NCBI GenBank assembly: GCA_964460855.1
Contig: CAYWQH010000009.1
Span: 1,351 to 65,350, forward strand
From: an uncultured Candidatus Saccharibacteria bacterium
GTDB lineage: Bacteria; Patescibacteriota; Saccharimonadia; Saccharimonadales; UBA10212
Reading direction: 5' to 3'
Length of the DNA: 64,000 nt
Positions 18,362-27,475 of this stretch are shown here, piece after piece. Under the pieces are notes generated by a model, which was given only the letters and a program-made list of their open reading frames with translations, was not told where the DNA came from and did not search any database. Made by a program: the position numbers and the translations under genes. Every line of letters begins with the position of its first letter. The first letter of the stretch is position 1.

Positions 18362-18494
18362 GCGAATCCGCGGGAGCGGATGAGTCGAAGGGCCCTTACT
18401 GCTGCGTTAGCGATCCAAGAAAAAATACTGGTGGGTCGAAATCCCTCCCTGCCGGAAGGCGACGCGTCGAAGGGCCCGAACTGCCGCGTCAGCG
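18362..18494. repeat. two tandem degenerate repeat units containing tRNA 3'-end-like fragments
   Basis: 29-nt cores at 18384-18412 and 18466-18494 (GTCGAAGGGCCC..ACTGCnGCGTnAGCG) match at 25/29. The segment GGGTCGAAATCCCTCCCTGCC at 18430-18455 resembles the tRNA-Ser T-arm/acceptor 3' end. Confidence 0.6.
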
Positions 18495-18511
18495 GCTCAA
18501 CTTTTAAACAT

Positions 18512-18540
18512 TTGCCAAATCCACCAGTTAAGCAGATAAT
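18512..18540 (+). promoter_or_regulatory. promoter TTGCCA-17 nt-GATAAT, 6 nt before the ATG (leaderless-type)
   Basis: Paralogous to 19810-19838. Confidence 0.55.
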
Positions 18541-18546
18541 TTTTTT

Positions 18547-19794
18547 ATGATAGAGCGGGACGGTTACCCAAGTATGGACCGTTCACACCATTTGGAAGAG
18601 ATTGACTTGCCGCCGCCAATGCCGGAAGGGCTTGGCGCGCATGCCAGGCTGGGCGAATTGGCAGTCGCCAGCCTAAGCCCGGCCTCAATAGAAACTGTCC
18701 ATCCGGAATTTGACCTGGAAGCCAGGACGCAGGCCATAAATTTTATAAGGCAAAATTATGCCGGCCACCCAAAAGTAAACTGGCTGGTTAAAAAATATCT
18801 TTGGCAGCAAGACCTGCGCCGCCACCCCGAAATTACCGCCGCCAGCCGCGACCTGCAAAATACCACCCGGATCCGTTTGGGAGTAGAGGCATTTTCGGAC
18901 GGCCAGGAAACACAAGCATTACTCGATGCAGCTGCTGCCTGCGACGTAATTACCCTCCATTACACCGGCCTGGTCCAAAGCTTTGCCCGCCGGTTTAGCA
19001 ACAGTTTCCCTAGTAGTCCAATAACTTTCGAAGATTTCGTGCAGGAAGGTATGGCTGCAATAGCTAATTCAATTAGGCGTTTTGACGATGCAAAGGGCTC
19101 GTTTTTCTACTCCTATGCATCATCCGTCATAACCGGCAGCATGCACCACCTCCAGCGCGACAAAGGCAGTATGGTGTCCATCTCAAGGAATTTAATGGCC
19201 GCGTACAAGAATTTGTCTGTTCTGGAAAATGAGTACTATACCGAGCACCACATATACCCAACTGCCGCTTACCTGGCCGCCGAACTAGGTATTTCAGAAG
19301 AGGACCTGCAAGCTGTTATTGCCGCCAGAAGCTATAAGTCGTTAGAGTGGCAGGCTGAAGACGGCGGTGAACCTTTAATGGACAGCCTGGCCGGCAGCGA
19401 CGCGGTAGATGAGATGGTCGAATCCAAGTTGCTGCGCGATATTTTAGTAAAGTCCATAACTGATTTCTACGAAGCAGGCAGCAATATAGAAAAATGCCAG
19501 ATCGTCCTGTTTTGCGCTTACCACGACTTAAGTTATCCCGAGCTCGGGCATTTTATTTATAAGAGGTCAAAGCGGTCAAAAGAAATCGATTATTCCGCCA
19601 TGCTTGAGCTGGTGCGCGAAGCTGATAGGGAAATTCATAAACCCGGGCCTCGAAGCGCGGCCCGTAACATTACTTCACAAAGGGCTGTAGCTAATGTAAC
19701 TGGATACAGCCAGATGAATATCAGCCGGATTATCCGCAAGGTAGGCTGCCAGCTGGCATTTGAGCTAAGCCAGCAGCACCCCAACCTCGTATAA
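18547..19794 (+). CDS. divergent sigma-70 family protein
   Basis: Region 2-like 'FEDFVQEGMAAIANSIRRFDDAKGSFFYSYASSVITGSMHHLQRD', region 3/4-like segments, and a long N-terminal extension. Confidence 0.6.
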   Translation: MIERDGYPSMDRSHHLEEIDLPPPMPEGLGAHARLGELAVASLSPASIETVHPEFDLEARTQAINFIRQNYAGHPKVNWLVKKYLWQQDLRRHPEITAASRDLQNTTRIRLGVEAFSDGQETQALLDAAAACDVITLHYTGLVQSFARRFSNSFPSSPITFEDFVQEGMAAIANSIRRFDDAKGSFFYSYASSVITGSMHHLQRDKGSMVSISRNLMAAYKNLSVLENEYYTEHHIYPTAAYLAAELGISEEDLQAVIAARSYKSLEWQAEDGGEPLMDSLAGSDAVDEMVESKLLRDILVKSITDFYEAGSNIEKCQIVLFCAYHDLSYPELGHFIYKRSKRSKEIDYSAMLELVREADREIHKPGPRSAARNITSQRAVANVTGYSQMNISRIIRKVGCQLAFELSQQHPNLV

Positions 19795-19809
19795 GCTAAA
19801 AGTTTTAAT

Positions 19810-19838
19810 TTGCCAAAGCAATTGGTTAAGTGGATAAT
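19810..19838 (+). promoter_or_regulatory. promoter TTGCCA-17 nt-GATAAT, 8 nt before the ATG (near-leaderless)
   Basis: Paralogous to 18512-18540. Confidence 0.55.
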
Positions 19839-19846
19839 AAATTTCC

Positions 19847-20980
19847 ATGATAGACCGGGACAGTAATATTGATCTGGGCAGGCCGAAAAAGCTAGAGCAG
19901 TTTGTAAGCTCGCTTCAGTCGTTGAGAGCGCATGCCGGCATGATGGATGTCGGACTGTCATTTTTAGAGCCCGGTGAACTTGATGATCACGCTATCGAAG
20001 TAATAACCCGGCACTTACAGATATTGCATAGCCAGCTTGGCGAATTAGCCCTCAAGGCCGATCTATTATCCGGAGTTCACGAGGCAGCTTCTGTAACGGT
20101 GCTGACGACACTAGACCTCACAACTGAATCAGAACCTGAAGCAACAATTACCGACAAGCCGGAACCCGTCTCTTATATCGAAACGGAGCAATCTATACCG
20201 GCGATAGAACAGCCTGCCGAAAAAGTTGAAACCCCGCCTCTTAACTCAGATGATCTGAACGAAAAGACAAAGAGGGGTATAAAAGTAGAAGTTACCTTGA
20301 CAAATGATGAGGGGATATCCGGCTCAATGCTATTGTCCCGAAGGCAAGCTGAAATTCTTAAAATGATTACGGCAAGTGATAAACCTCTAAAATCAAGTGA
20401 TTTTAAAAGTTTATATGACGCAAAGAATAACCAGGTTTTTTATGCCTGTTTTAGCAGCGACCGGAAAGCGATATTTTTGGAATCCGGGCGGCTTGGCTTC
20501 GCATTTCCAATTGTTTATTCCGGAGCAAAAGGCGGGACCCGCTATTCCAAGCGGCCTGATTTAAGTTTCGAATTCGGTACGAAGGAAATTGATACGGGTC
20601 AGCAAGCTCAAATGCGAAATGTTAGAAGAAGCAAACATACTGATAAAGCCGAGAACAAGGAAGCTGGTATAAGCAGATTAAATTTAATGGCCAATGGAGA
20701 AGCGGTAAGCATAGAAGCCGACGACACACTCCGGCACATCATAAGCAAACTTTCTAAAAACCAGCAGGGCATAACGGTAGCAAAATTACGCGAAGGTTTT
20801 GAGCAAGACCCCAAAGGGCAAAATCAACTGGAATGGATGAGGTGCAAAAACGCATTGCAATATCTTGAAGGGGAATTAGCCGAAGAGATAGGTTTTAAAT
20901 TAATAAGCCATACGATATTAACTATTAGGGGCGAAGAAGACGTATTGTACTTTCTTGCCGACGGTGTTTCTCTGGCCTAA
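19847..20980 (+). CDS. hypothetical protein (lower-GC island gene)
   Basis: 377-aa ORF. It shares its promoter and first codons (MIDRD vs MIERD) with the preceding sigma-like gene. No family recognised. Confidence 0.55.
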   Translation: MIDRDSNIDLGRPKKLEQFVSSLQSLRAHAGMMDVGLSFLEPGELDDHAIEVITRHLQILHSQLGELALKADLLSGVHEAASVTVLTTLDLTTESEPEATITDKPEPVSYIETEQSIPAIEQPAEKVETPPLNSDDLNEKTKRGIKVEVTLTNDEGISGSMLLSRRQAEILKMITASDKPLKSSDFKSLYDAKNNQVFYACFSSDRKAIFLESGRLGFAFPIVYSGAKGGTRYSKRPDLSFEFGTKEIDTGQQAQMRNVRRSKHTDKAENKEAGISRLNLMANGEAVSIEADDTLRHIISKLSKNQQGITVAKLREGFEQDPKGQNQLEWMRCKNALQYLEGELAEEIGFKLISHTILTIRGEEDVLYFLADGVSLA

Positions 20981-20996
20981 GTCGAAAATTAAGGGT

Positions 20997-21107
20997 AGTG
21001 TAAGCTAGCGTTTTTACAAAAGAAAAGATGGCCCACCTCCCAGTAAGCCATCCCTCTAGCGAATGCTATTTTTGCGGATAACGAAAACCGTATCGCTAGC
21101 TTACACT
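20997..21107. repeat. 14-bp inverted repeat enclosing a hairpin with an anti-SD-like loop
   Basis: AGTGTAAGCTAGCG at 20997-21010 pairs with CGCTAGCTTACACT at 21094-21107. The inner hairpin GATGGC-ccacctcccagtaa-GCCATC lies at 21028-21052. Confidence 0.5.
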
Positions 21108-21656
21108 CGCTATCGAAATTATAGCATGTATGGTAAATAGCAATTACAACGTCGTATTATTTATAGCGCTTTTGCTTAAAACTACCTGTTAAAACTTCAG
21201 CTATATTTAAGCTTTGGCACTTATGTTTGAAGAGTGCTAAGCATAAATGCTAGACTAAAAGTACGATGCGCAGCAGATTTACTCGCAAAGCTGGCGCGGC
21301 GTCCAAACTTCGGATTCAGCGCCGCAAGCAATATCTGGAAATATACCGGACCTTCTCTTCGCAGTGTAACGCCTGCATCAAATTTATAGCCCGGCCCTGC
21401 ATCAAACTGGCCAGCCGGCGCAAAAAATTGCAGCGTAGAGCACTGCGCGCCATTGCGCTTTTAGTAAGTATGCAATTGAGCTTAGCCCGCAGGCGGGCAT
21501 CGGTGCGCGAACACTTGCGTATCAAACGTTTAGCCCACGAGCTGGACGTATATTGGCTGCATGGAACCGATCCTCGTACTGATTATGTTTGTCCGTGAGT
21601 TATCTCACAGTAGCACAAGATAAATAACAGTACTTTTAGTACGGAGGAATTCCAAA

Positions 21657-22097
21657 ATGAACGATAAAGATCAGATTAAAGATGTAGTTGAAGCTGTCGC
21701 CCAATTGCAGGATATGAAGCAGTGGGAACGGTTAGAATCATATTTCGTAGAAAAGCCATACGTGGACGCCAAAGAGCTGAGCGGCGAAAGCCCGGCTATC
21801 ATGCCTAAAAAGCGGTTGATAGAAAGCTGGCGGCGCGAAATTGGCGCTTACTTTTACGCCACCCGGCACTTCATTAAGCGCCTGGCCATCCGCATGCAGA
21901 ATTCGCGCAAGGCAAGGGTAACCACGTCGGTCGAGCACGTCCACTACGTTGCCGACAAAGGCGAGCGTTATGCCTGGACAGTTAAAGGAACCATTGAGTA
22001 CATCGTCATTAAGACGAGTACCGGCAGCTGGAAGATCAGCCAGATGATCTTTAAGATCACCGACCAGGCAGTCCGCCCGGTTGGCGCTGCCGCGTAA
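21657..22097 (+). CDS. SnoaL-like / NTF2-family protein
   Basis: 146 aa with an alpha+beta cone-type pattern ('WERLESYF', 'W.ISQM'); SD GGAGGAA upstream. Confidence 0.5.
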   Translation: MNDKDQIKDVVEAVAQLQDMKQWERLESYFVEKPYVDAKELSGESPAIMPKKRLIESWRREIGAYFYATRHFIKRLAIRMQNSRKARVTTSVEHVHYVADKGERYAWTVKGTIEYIVIKTSTGSWKISQMIFKITDQAVRPVGAAA

Positions 22098-22262
22098 ATA
22101 TTTCCAGCTTTTTTAGGGTGTATTAGAGCTGTTAAACGTTAAACTAGAAACTACTTTGTAACTTGTTCAGGTCGTATTTAGGCCTCGAACCAAGAAACAA
22201 AGTAGTTTTTTAGTAGCCTAAATTCATCAAGCTAATGCTTTTTAAAGTATAATTAAGCACTG

Positions 22263-22934
22263 ATGAACGTGTTGATTGTTTATGCCCACCACGAGCCGAG
22301 TTCTTTTACGTCTGCATTGAAAAACGAGGTGTTCCGGATCATGAAAGACCAGGGCCATGCGATTGCTATCAGCGATTTGTACGCCCAGGGCTTTAACCCG
22401 GTAGCCCAAAAGTGGGACTTTACCACGCTGTCGGGCACGCATGTGAACTACATGCTCGAGCAAAAGCACGCCAGCTTAAACGACTGGGCATTTTCGCCGG
22501 ATATCGTTAACGAACTGCAAAAGATCAAGCAAGCTGACCTGCTATTTATTGTTTCACCCATCTGGTGGTTTGGCGTGCCCGCCATATTAAAAGGCTGGTT
22601 CGACCGGGTACTGGCCATGGGCGTGGCCTGGGACGGCGGCAAAACTTACGAAAAAGGCCTGATGCACGGCAAGCAGGCCATGGTAGTGGCTGCGGCCGGC
22701 CACCCGGATTATTACTACAAAAAAGAGAACCAGAATAAAGCGACTATTTTAGACGTACTGCACCCGGTTAACCACGGTACGCTAGCCTTTTGCGGCTTTA
22801 ACGTGCACGAACCATTCGTAGCCCTAAATGTACTAGGGCTCGACCAAAAAGGGCTCGAAAACCAGCTCAAAGAACTGGAATTCCGGCTTCAAAACATTAC
22901 CGGCAGCCCCAACTGGTTAATCAATTACATATAA
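22263..22934 (+). CDS. NAD(P)H dehydrogenase (quinone) / flavodoxin-like fold family protein
   Basis: 'MNVLIVYAHHEPSSFTSAL' and 'PIWWFGVPAILKGWFDRV' are typical of the Flavodoxin_2/NQO1-like family. Confidence 0.75.
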   Translation: MNVLIVYAHHEPSSFTSALKNEVFRIMKDQGHAIAISDLYAQGFNPVAQKWDFTTLSGTHVNYMLEQKHASLNDWAFSPDIVNELQKIKQADLLFIVSPIWWFGVPAILKGWFDRVLAMGVAWDGGKTYEKGLMHGKQAMVVAAAGHPDYYYKKENQNKATILDVLHPVNHGTLAFCGFNVHEPFVALNVLGLDQKGLENQLKELEFRLQNITGSPNWLINYI

Positions 22935-22956
22935 GTTGACGTATAATCTAAGCATT

Positions 22957-23640
22957 ATGGGCTTACGCATGAGCCAGGAGCTGCGGCGGATAGTCGAGGC
23001 TGTTTTGATCCTCAACCTGTTGAGCCTGGTAATGCTGTCGCTGCGGGTAATTGCCACAAGCAGTACCCGGCACGGCTATATCCCTTGGAATTTGTTGCTG
23101 ACCTGGGTGCCTTTTGGCTTGTCGCTAGCCCTTGTGCAATTGCTGCAAAGCAAGCAGTGGCGTCACTGGAAAACTTTGCTGGCTGGCATTTTATGGCTAA
23201 TCTTTTTGCCCAATACCTGGTACGTGCTGAGCGATTACATCCATGTTTATCCGACCGGCGAAGTCAGCCAGCTTTACGACATCATCTTAATATCTACGTT
23301 GGTAATCAGCGGTTTTACGCTGGGCTTTACCAGCCTGTACATCGTCCATAAACAGTTTATAAAGCGGTTCGGCCTGCGCCGGGCCCATGTGATGATCGCG
23401 CTGACCCTTTTGATAAGCAGTTTTGCCATTTACCTGGGTCGCGACCTGCGCTGGAATACTTGGGACGTTTTAACCGACCCGGCCGGATTAATTGTCAACG
23501 TTTCGGACCGCATCATCGACCCGTTGGGCCACCCGAGGGCCTTAACGGTTACCGGTTTGTTCTTTTCGTTGTTGAGCGTAATGTACCTGGTGATTTACCG
23601 GGTAATCAGCGTGGCGGATAGTTCCCGCCGCGGCAATTAG
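22957..23640 (+). CDS. polytopic membrane protein (DUF1361-like)
   Basis: Multiple TM helices. TATAAT at 22942-22947 sits just upstream of the ATG at 22957. The longest ORF starts at a TTG at 22936. Confidence 0.5.
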   Translation: MGLRMSQELRRIVEAVLILNLLSLVMLSLRVIATSSTRHGYIPWNLLLTWVPFGLSLALVQLLQSKQWRHWKTLLAGILWLIFLPNTWYVLSDYIHVYPTGEVSQLYDIILISTLVISGFTLGFTSLYIVHKQFIKRFGLRRAHVMIALTLLISSFAIYLGRDLRWNTWDVLTDPAGLIVNVSDRIIDPLGHPRALTVTGLFFSLLSVMYLVIYRVISVADSSRRGN

Positions 23641-23662
23641 GTTGCTATACTAAAGCCATCTT

Positions 23663-25351
23663 ATGGAGCAGCAATTTTCTGATGCGGTTAAACGGGCGGC
23701 CGACGAAGTGCACGGCAGCGATTTACGGCCCGAACTAACGCGGCCGGACTCCCAATTTGGCGACTTTGCCACTAATATTGCCATGCGCCTGGCGTCGCAA
23801 GCCGGGCAGAACCCGCGGCAACTGGCAGAAGCGATTGCCGAAAAACTACGGTCCAATCCTGACCTGGCTGAAGTTAGCGTGGCCGGGCCGGGATTTATAA
23901 ACCTAAAAGTACAAGGCCAGGTTTTAACCGCGGAGCTTGATAATATCTTGCAGGCCGGCGAAAATTACGGCCGCCGCCAGGACCTGGCCGGCCAAACAGT
24001 GGTAGCCGAGTATTCCGACCCCAACCCTTTTAAGATTTTGCATGCCGGCCATCTTTATACCAGCATAGTAGGCGAAGCCATCGCTAATTTATTTGAAGCC
24101 AACGGCGCGACCGTCCACCGGGTGAACTTTGGCGGCGATGTTGGCATGCATGCCGCCAAAACCATGTGGGCCATACTTAACTTTTTAGCCGGCGAAAATC
24201 CAGACGGGCTGAATACTATCCCCGTAGAACAGCGCCCGCAGTGGCTGGCTGACCGGTATATTGAAGGCAACATAGCTTACGAAGAAAACCCCGAAATTAA
24301 ACCGCAGGTCCAAAGCTTAAACCAAAGGCTGTATGCCATTTCCGGCCAAAACGACCGCGACACGCCGCTGGCCAAAATTTACTGGACCACCCGCCAATGG
24401 AGCTATGAGTATTTTGAAGAATTTTACCGGCGCATCGGCAGCAAATTCGAAAAATATTATCCAGAAAGTGAAGTGGCCGATTTAGGTTTGCAGACTGTTA
24501 AAGAGCATATAGGCAGCGTATTCACCGAATCTGACGGCGCCGTTATATTCCGCGGCGACAATTTTGGCTTGCACGCCCGGGTGTTTATTAACAGCGAAGG
24601 CTTGCCGACCTACGAGGCCAAAGACGTCGGCTTAATTCTTAAGAAATACGAGGACTACCACTTTGACAAATCCATAGTAATTACCGGCAATGAACAAGCG
24701 CAATATATGGCTGTGGTGCTGAAAGCCGTAGAGCAGTTTAAGCCACAGCTGGTGCAAGCCACCCGCCATATCACCCATGGCTTGGTTAAGTTGGCCGGCG
24801 GCCAGAAGATGAGCAGCCGCAAAGGCAATATCTTAAAAGCTACCGATGTACTAGACACCGCCGCCGAAGCCAACCGGGCGGCCAGCGGCAGCCACGACGA
24901 ACTGGTTACGCTTGGCGCTGTTAAATATTCATTCCTCAAGCACCGGATTGGCGCCGATATAATTTATGACCCTAAAGAATCAGTGAGCATTCACGGTAAC
25001 AGCGGGCCTTATTTGCAGTACGCCCTGGTGCGGGCCAAAAACATCCTGGCCAAAGCGCCAGGCGGGGAAGGCGGCCCGGCAGTAGGCGAGCTGGATGCCG
25101 CCGAACGGAGCCTGGTGTTCAAGCTAACCGCGTACCCCGAAGTAATAAGTTTAGCTACAGCCGAATTGATGCCCCACCATGTGGCTAATTATTTATACGA
25201 GTTGGCCCAGGTTTTTAACCAGTTTTACGAGACTAACCAGGTAATCGGCAGCGAGAAACAGGCTTTTCGTTTGAGGCTGGTCAAGGCTTACGCCCAAACA
25301 CTGTCCAACGGCTTAGGCTTGCTGGGCATCCAAAATCCGGACCGTATGTAA
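23663..25351 (+). CDS. argS: arginine--tRNA ligase
   Basis: 562 aa. 'SDPNPFKILHAGHLYTSIVGEAI' (HIGH region), 'KMSSRKGN', and a C-terminal anticodon-binding domain ending in RM. Confidence 0.9.
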   Translation: MEQQFSDAVKRAADEVHGSDLRPELTRPDSQFGDFATNIAMRLASQAGQNPRQLAEAIAEKLRSNPDLAEVSVAGPGFINLKVQGQVLTAELDNILQAGENYGRRQDLAGQTVVAEYSDPNPFKILHAGHLYTSIVGEAIANLFEANGATVHRVNFGGDVGMHAAKTMWAILNFLAGENPDGLNTIPVEQRPQWLADRYIEGNIAYEENPEIKPQVQSLNQRLYAISGQNDRDTPLAKIYWTTRQWSYEYFEEFYRRIGSKFEKYYPESEVADLGLQTVKEHIGSVFTESDGAVIFRGDNFGLHARVFINSEGLPTYEAKDVGLILKKYEDYHFDKSIVITGNEQAQYMAVVLKAVEQFKPQLVQATRHITHGLVKLAGGQKMSSRKGNILKATDVLDTAAEANRAASGSHDELVTLGAVKYSFLKHRIGADIIYDPKESVSIHGNSGPYLQYALVRAKNILAKAPGGEGGPAVGELDAAERSLVFKLTAYPEVISLATAELMPHHVANYLYELAQVFNQFYETNQVIGSEKQAFRLRLVKAYAQTLSNGLGLLGIQNPDRM

Positions 25352-25446
25352 TACCTTTCACCTTGGAAGTTGAATTTTGGCACTTAATTCGCTACAATTC
25401 TGGGAACGGGTGTGTTTTAACAGCACAATATAAGGTGGGCTGAACT

Positions 25447-26124
25447 ATGAGAAGTAGGCCAGGAATTTTTATCACCATCGTCGCGGCAATTACTATAGCC
25501 GTTTCTGGGCTTGGCTTCGTCGTGGTTAAGCAAAGCCAAAAAGCCGAGCCGCGCGTCAAACAAGAAACTGCCCGCTACGAACAGCAAAAAGCCGCCACCC
25601 AGAACTCGCCGGTGACCACCGACAGCAGCAACCAATCAACCTTACCCCAACAGCCGGCGCAACCGCAGCCGACCGCTACTGATAACCAGCAAAATACTTC
25701 GGTGCAACCGGTTAGCACGGTGCAGGTATTTTTCACTAAAAACCCCGATAGTGGGGACAGCGACCAGGTATTTCCGGTTAGCCGCAACGTAGACCAAGGC
25801 CAGGATGCCGGCGTAGTAGCTATTAACGCATTAATTGCCGGCCCTACCAACGACGAAGTTAACCAAGGATACGTAGGCGGCCTGGAATTAACCGGCAGCA
25901 GTAACTGCGACGGCAAAGACTACACTCTAACTATTACTAACGGCACGGCTACTTTGAGGCTTTGCCGCAAGTTAGTCGGTTCCGAAACTTTAAGCGACAA
26001 CCAAACGGCGGCCCAGATCCGGGCCACACTGCTTAGTTTGCCCGGCGCCAGCCAAGCCTCCATTTTAAACAGGGCCGGCAATTGCATGTTCGCCAACTTG
26101 GGCGACAGCGTCTGCCAACAATAA
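25447..26124 (+). CDS. GerMN domain-containing membrane-anchored protein
   Basis: An N-terminal TM helix, a Q/P-rich linker, and 'VQVFFTKNP...VFPVSRNV...AINALIAGPTNDE', typical of GerMN. Confidence 0.6.
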   Translation: MRSRPGIFITIVAAITIAVSGLGFVVVKQSQKAEPRVKQETARYEQQKAATQNSPVTTDSSNQSTLPQQPAQPQPTATDNQQNTSVQPVSTVQVFFTKNPDSGDSDQVFPVSRNVDQGQDAGVVAINALIAGPTNDEVNQGYVGGLELTGSSNCDGKDYTLTITNGTATLRLCRKLVGSETLSDNQTAAQIRATLLSLPGASQASILNRAGNCMFANLGDSVCQQ

Positions 26125-26159
26125 ATCTCTTGTATACTAATTGGTAAACAAGGAGGCTT

Positions 26160-27359
26160 ATGTTAGACACGGCACAATCGATTATTCGGCGCGTGGGAAA
26201 ACAAATTGGATTGAGCGATGACGCAATCGAAAAACTGCTAAAGGCCGAGGCCGAACACGAGTTCGAAATCGAATTGTCTAACGGCAAAAAGCATAAAGCC
26301 TACCGGGTCCAGCACAACAGTAAATTGGGGCCATATAAAGGCGGTATCCGCTTCCACGAAAACGTTAATCTCGACGAAGTCCGGGCCCTGGCTACTTTAA
26401 TGAGCCTCAAAACGGCAGCCGTTGGCCTGCCGCTGGGCGGCGGCAAAGGCGGCGTAGCCGTTAACCCAAAACACTTAACCGAAGATGAGCTGGAAGAACT
26501 CAGCCGCAAATTCGTAGCCCATTTATACACGCATATCGGGCCGGACAAAGACATCCCGGCGCCCGATGTAAACACCGACGCGAAAATTATCGACTGGATG
26601 GTTGATGAGTACGAAAAGCTGACCGGCGATACTTCCAAAGCCAGCTTTACCGGCAAGTCGGTGGGCAAGGGCGGCAGCGCCGGCCGCGAAGCGGCTACCG
26701 GGCGGGGCGGGGTAATCGTTACGCGCGAACTTCTCAAAAAAATGAATAACCACCAAGAGGAACTGACTTATGCCGTGCAAGGTTTTGGCAACGTCGGGGC
26801 ATTCTTCGCAATGGTTGCCGAACAAGACCAGCACAACTGGCAGCTGCTGGGCGCAACAGATACCAGCGGCGGCGTCTATTTGCCAACCGGCTTAAGCGCC
26901 AAACACCTTTTCGATTTCAAAAAGAAGGGCGGCAAATTATCTAATTTCGGGCAGGGCGAAACTATCGATAATGAAGAATTGCTAGGCCTGGATGTCGATA
27001 TCCTGGTGCTGGCCGCCCTCGAAGATTCCGTTACGGCGGCCAATGCCGAAAACATCAAAGCCCGCTACATAATCGAAATGGCCAACGGGCCGGTAAACGA
27101 TAACGCCAACCGCACGCTTGATATGCACGATACGGTAGTTATACCCGACGTTTTAGCCAACGCCGGCGGGGTAATCGTCAGCTACCTGGAGTGGCAGCAA
27201 AACCGCCTGGGCGAAGAATGGGACGAATCTAAAGTAAACCAGGAACTGGAAAATTACCTGGTTAACGCCACCGGTACCATTTACGAGCAGGCCCGCAAAA
27301 GCCACACCAACCTTAAAGAAGCGGCTTTTGAAGTAGCTTTGCGCCGCCTAACCGCCTAA
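26160..27359 (+). CDS. gdh: Glu/Leu/Phe/Val dehydrogenase (glutamate dehydrogenase-like)
   Basis: 'KGGIRFH' and 'LPLGGGKGG' catalytic motifs and a 'GFGNVG' Rossmann motif. Confidence 0.85.
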   Translation: MLDTAQSIIRRVGKQIGLSDDAIEKLLKAEAEHEFEIELSNGKKHKAYRVQHNSKLGPYKGGIRFHENVNLDEVRALATLMSLKTAAVGLPLGGGKGGVAVNPKHLTEDELEELSRKFVAHLYTHIGPDKDIPAPDVNTDAKIIDWMVDEYEKLTGDTSKASFTGKSVGKGGSAGREAATGRGGVIVTRELLKKMNNHQEELTYAVQGFGNVGAFFAMVAEQDQHNWQLLGATDTSGGVYLPTGLSAKHLFDFKKKGGKLSNFGQGETIDNEELLGLDVDILVLAALEDSVTAANAENIKARYIIEMANGPVNDNANRTLDMHDTVVIPDVLANAGGVIVSYLEWQQNRLGEEWDESKVNQELENYLVNATGTIYEQARKSHTNLKEAAFEVALRRLTA

Positions 27360-27452
27360 ATTTACATTTATCAGGTATCATTGCTCATTTATTTATCATT
27401 TTATAATTGGTAAATGTTAAATAAATTGTGAAATGCTAAATGATAAATGATA
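27360..27452. repeat. AT-rich imperfect palindromic module (TCATTTA/TAAATGA repeats), an empty paralog of the module around 56829-57240
   Basis: The left arm ATTTACATTTA... (27360-27400) and right arm AAATGCTAAATGATAAAT (27431-27448) match the flanks of the four-helix-bundle gene. Confidence 0.6.
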
Positions 27453-27475
27453 ATTGTCTCAAAAGGAGACATCTT

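Noticed and set aside
21266-21598. A 110-aa Arg/Lys-rich ORF in the gene-free region after the tRNA island.
   Set aside because: It has no SD, an implausible composition (R/K/L/A-rich with many Cys) and a fully overlapping antisense ORF. I treat the region as non-coding or possibly RNA-coding rather than calling a CDS.
21240-21600. RNase P RNA or SRP RNA, because of AGAGAAGGTCCGG on the minus strand resembling the P4/helix-8 neighbourhood.
   Set aside because: The partner strand (CCGGCTT-type for P4) is not in the right order. The GGAAGCAGCC-type SRP motif is absent, and no other universally conserved blocks could be found by eye.
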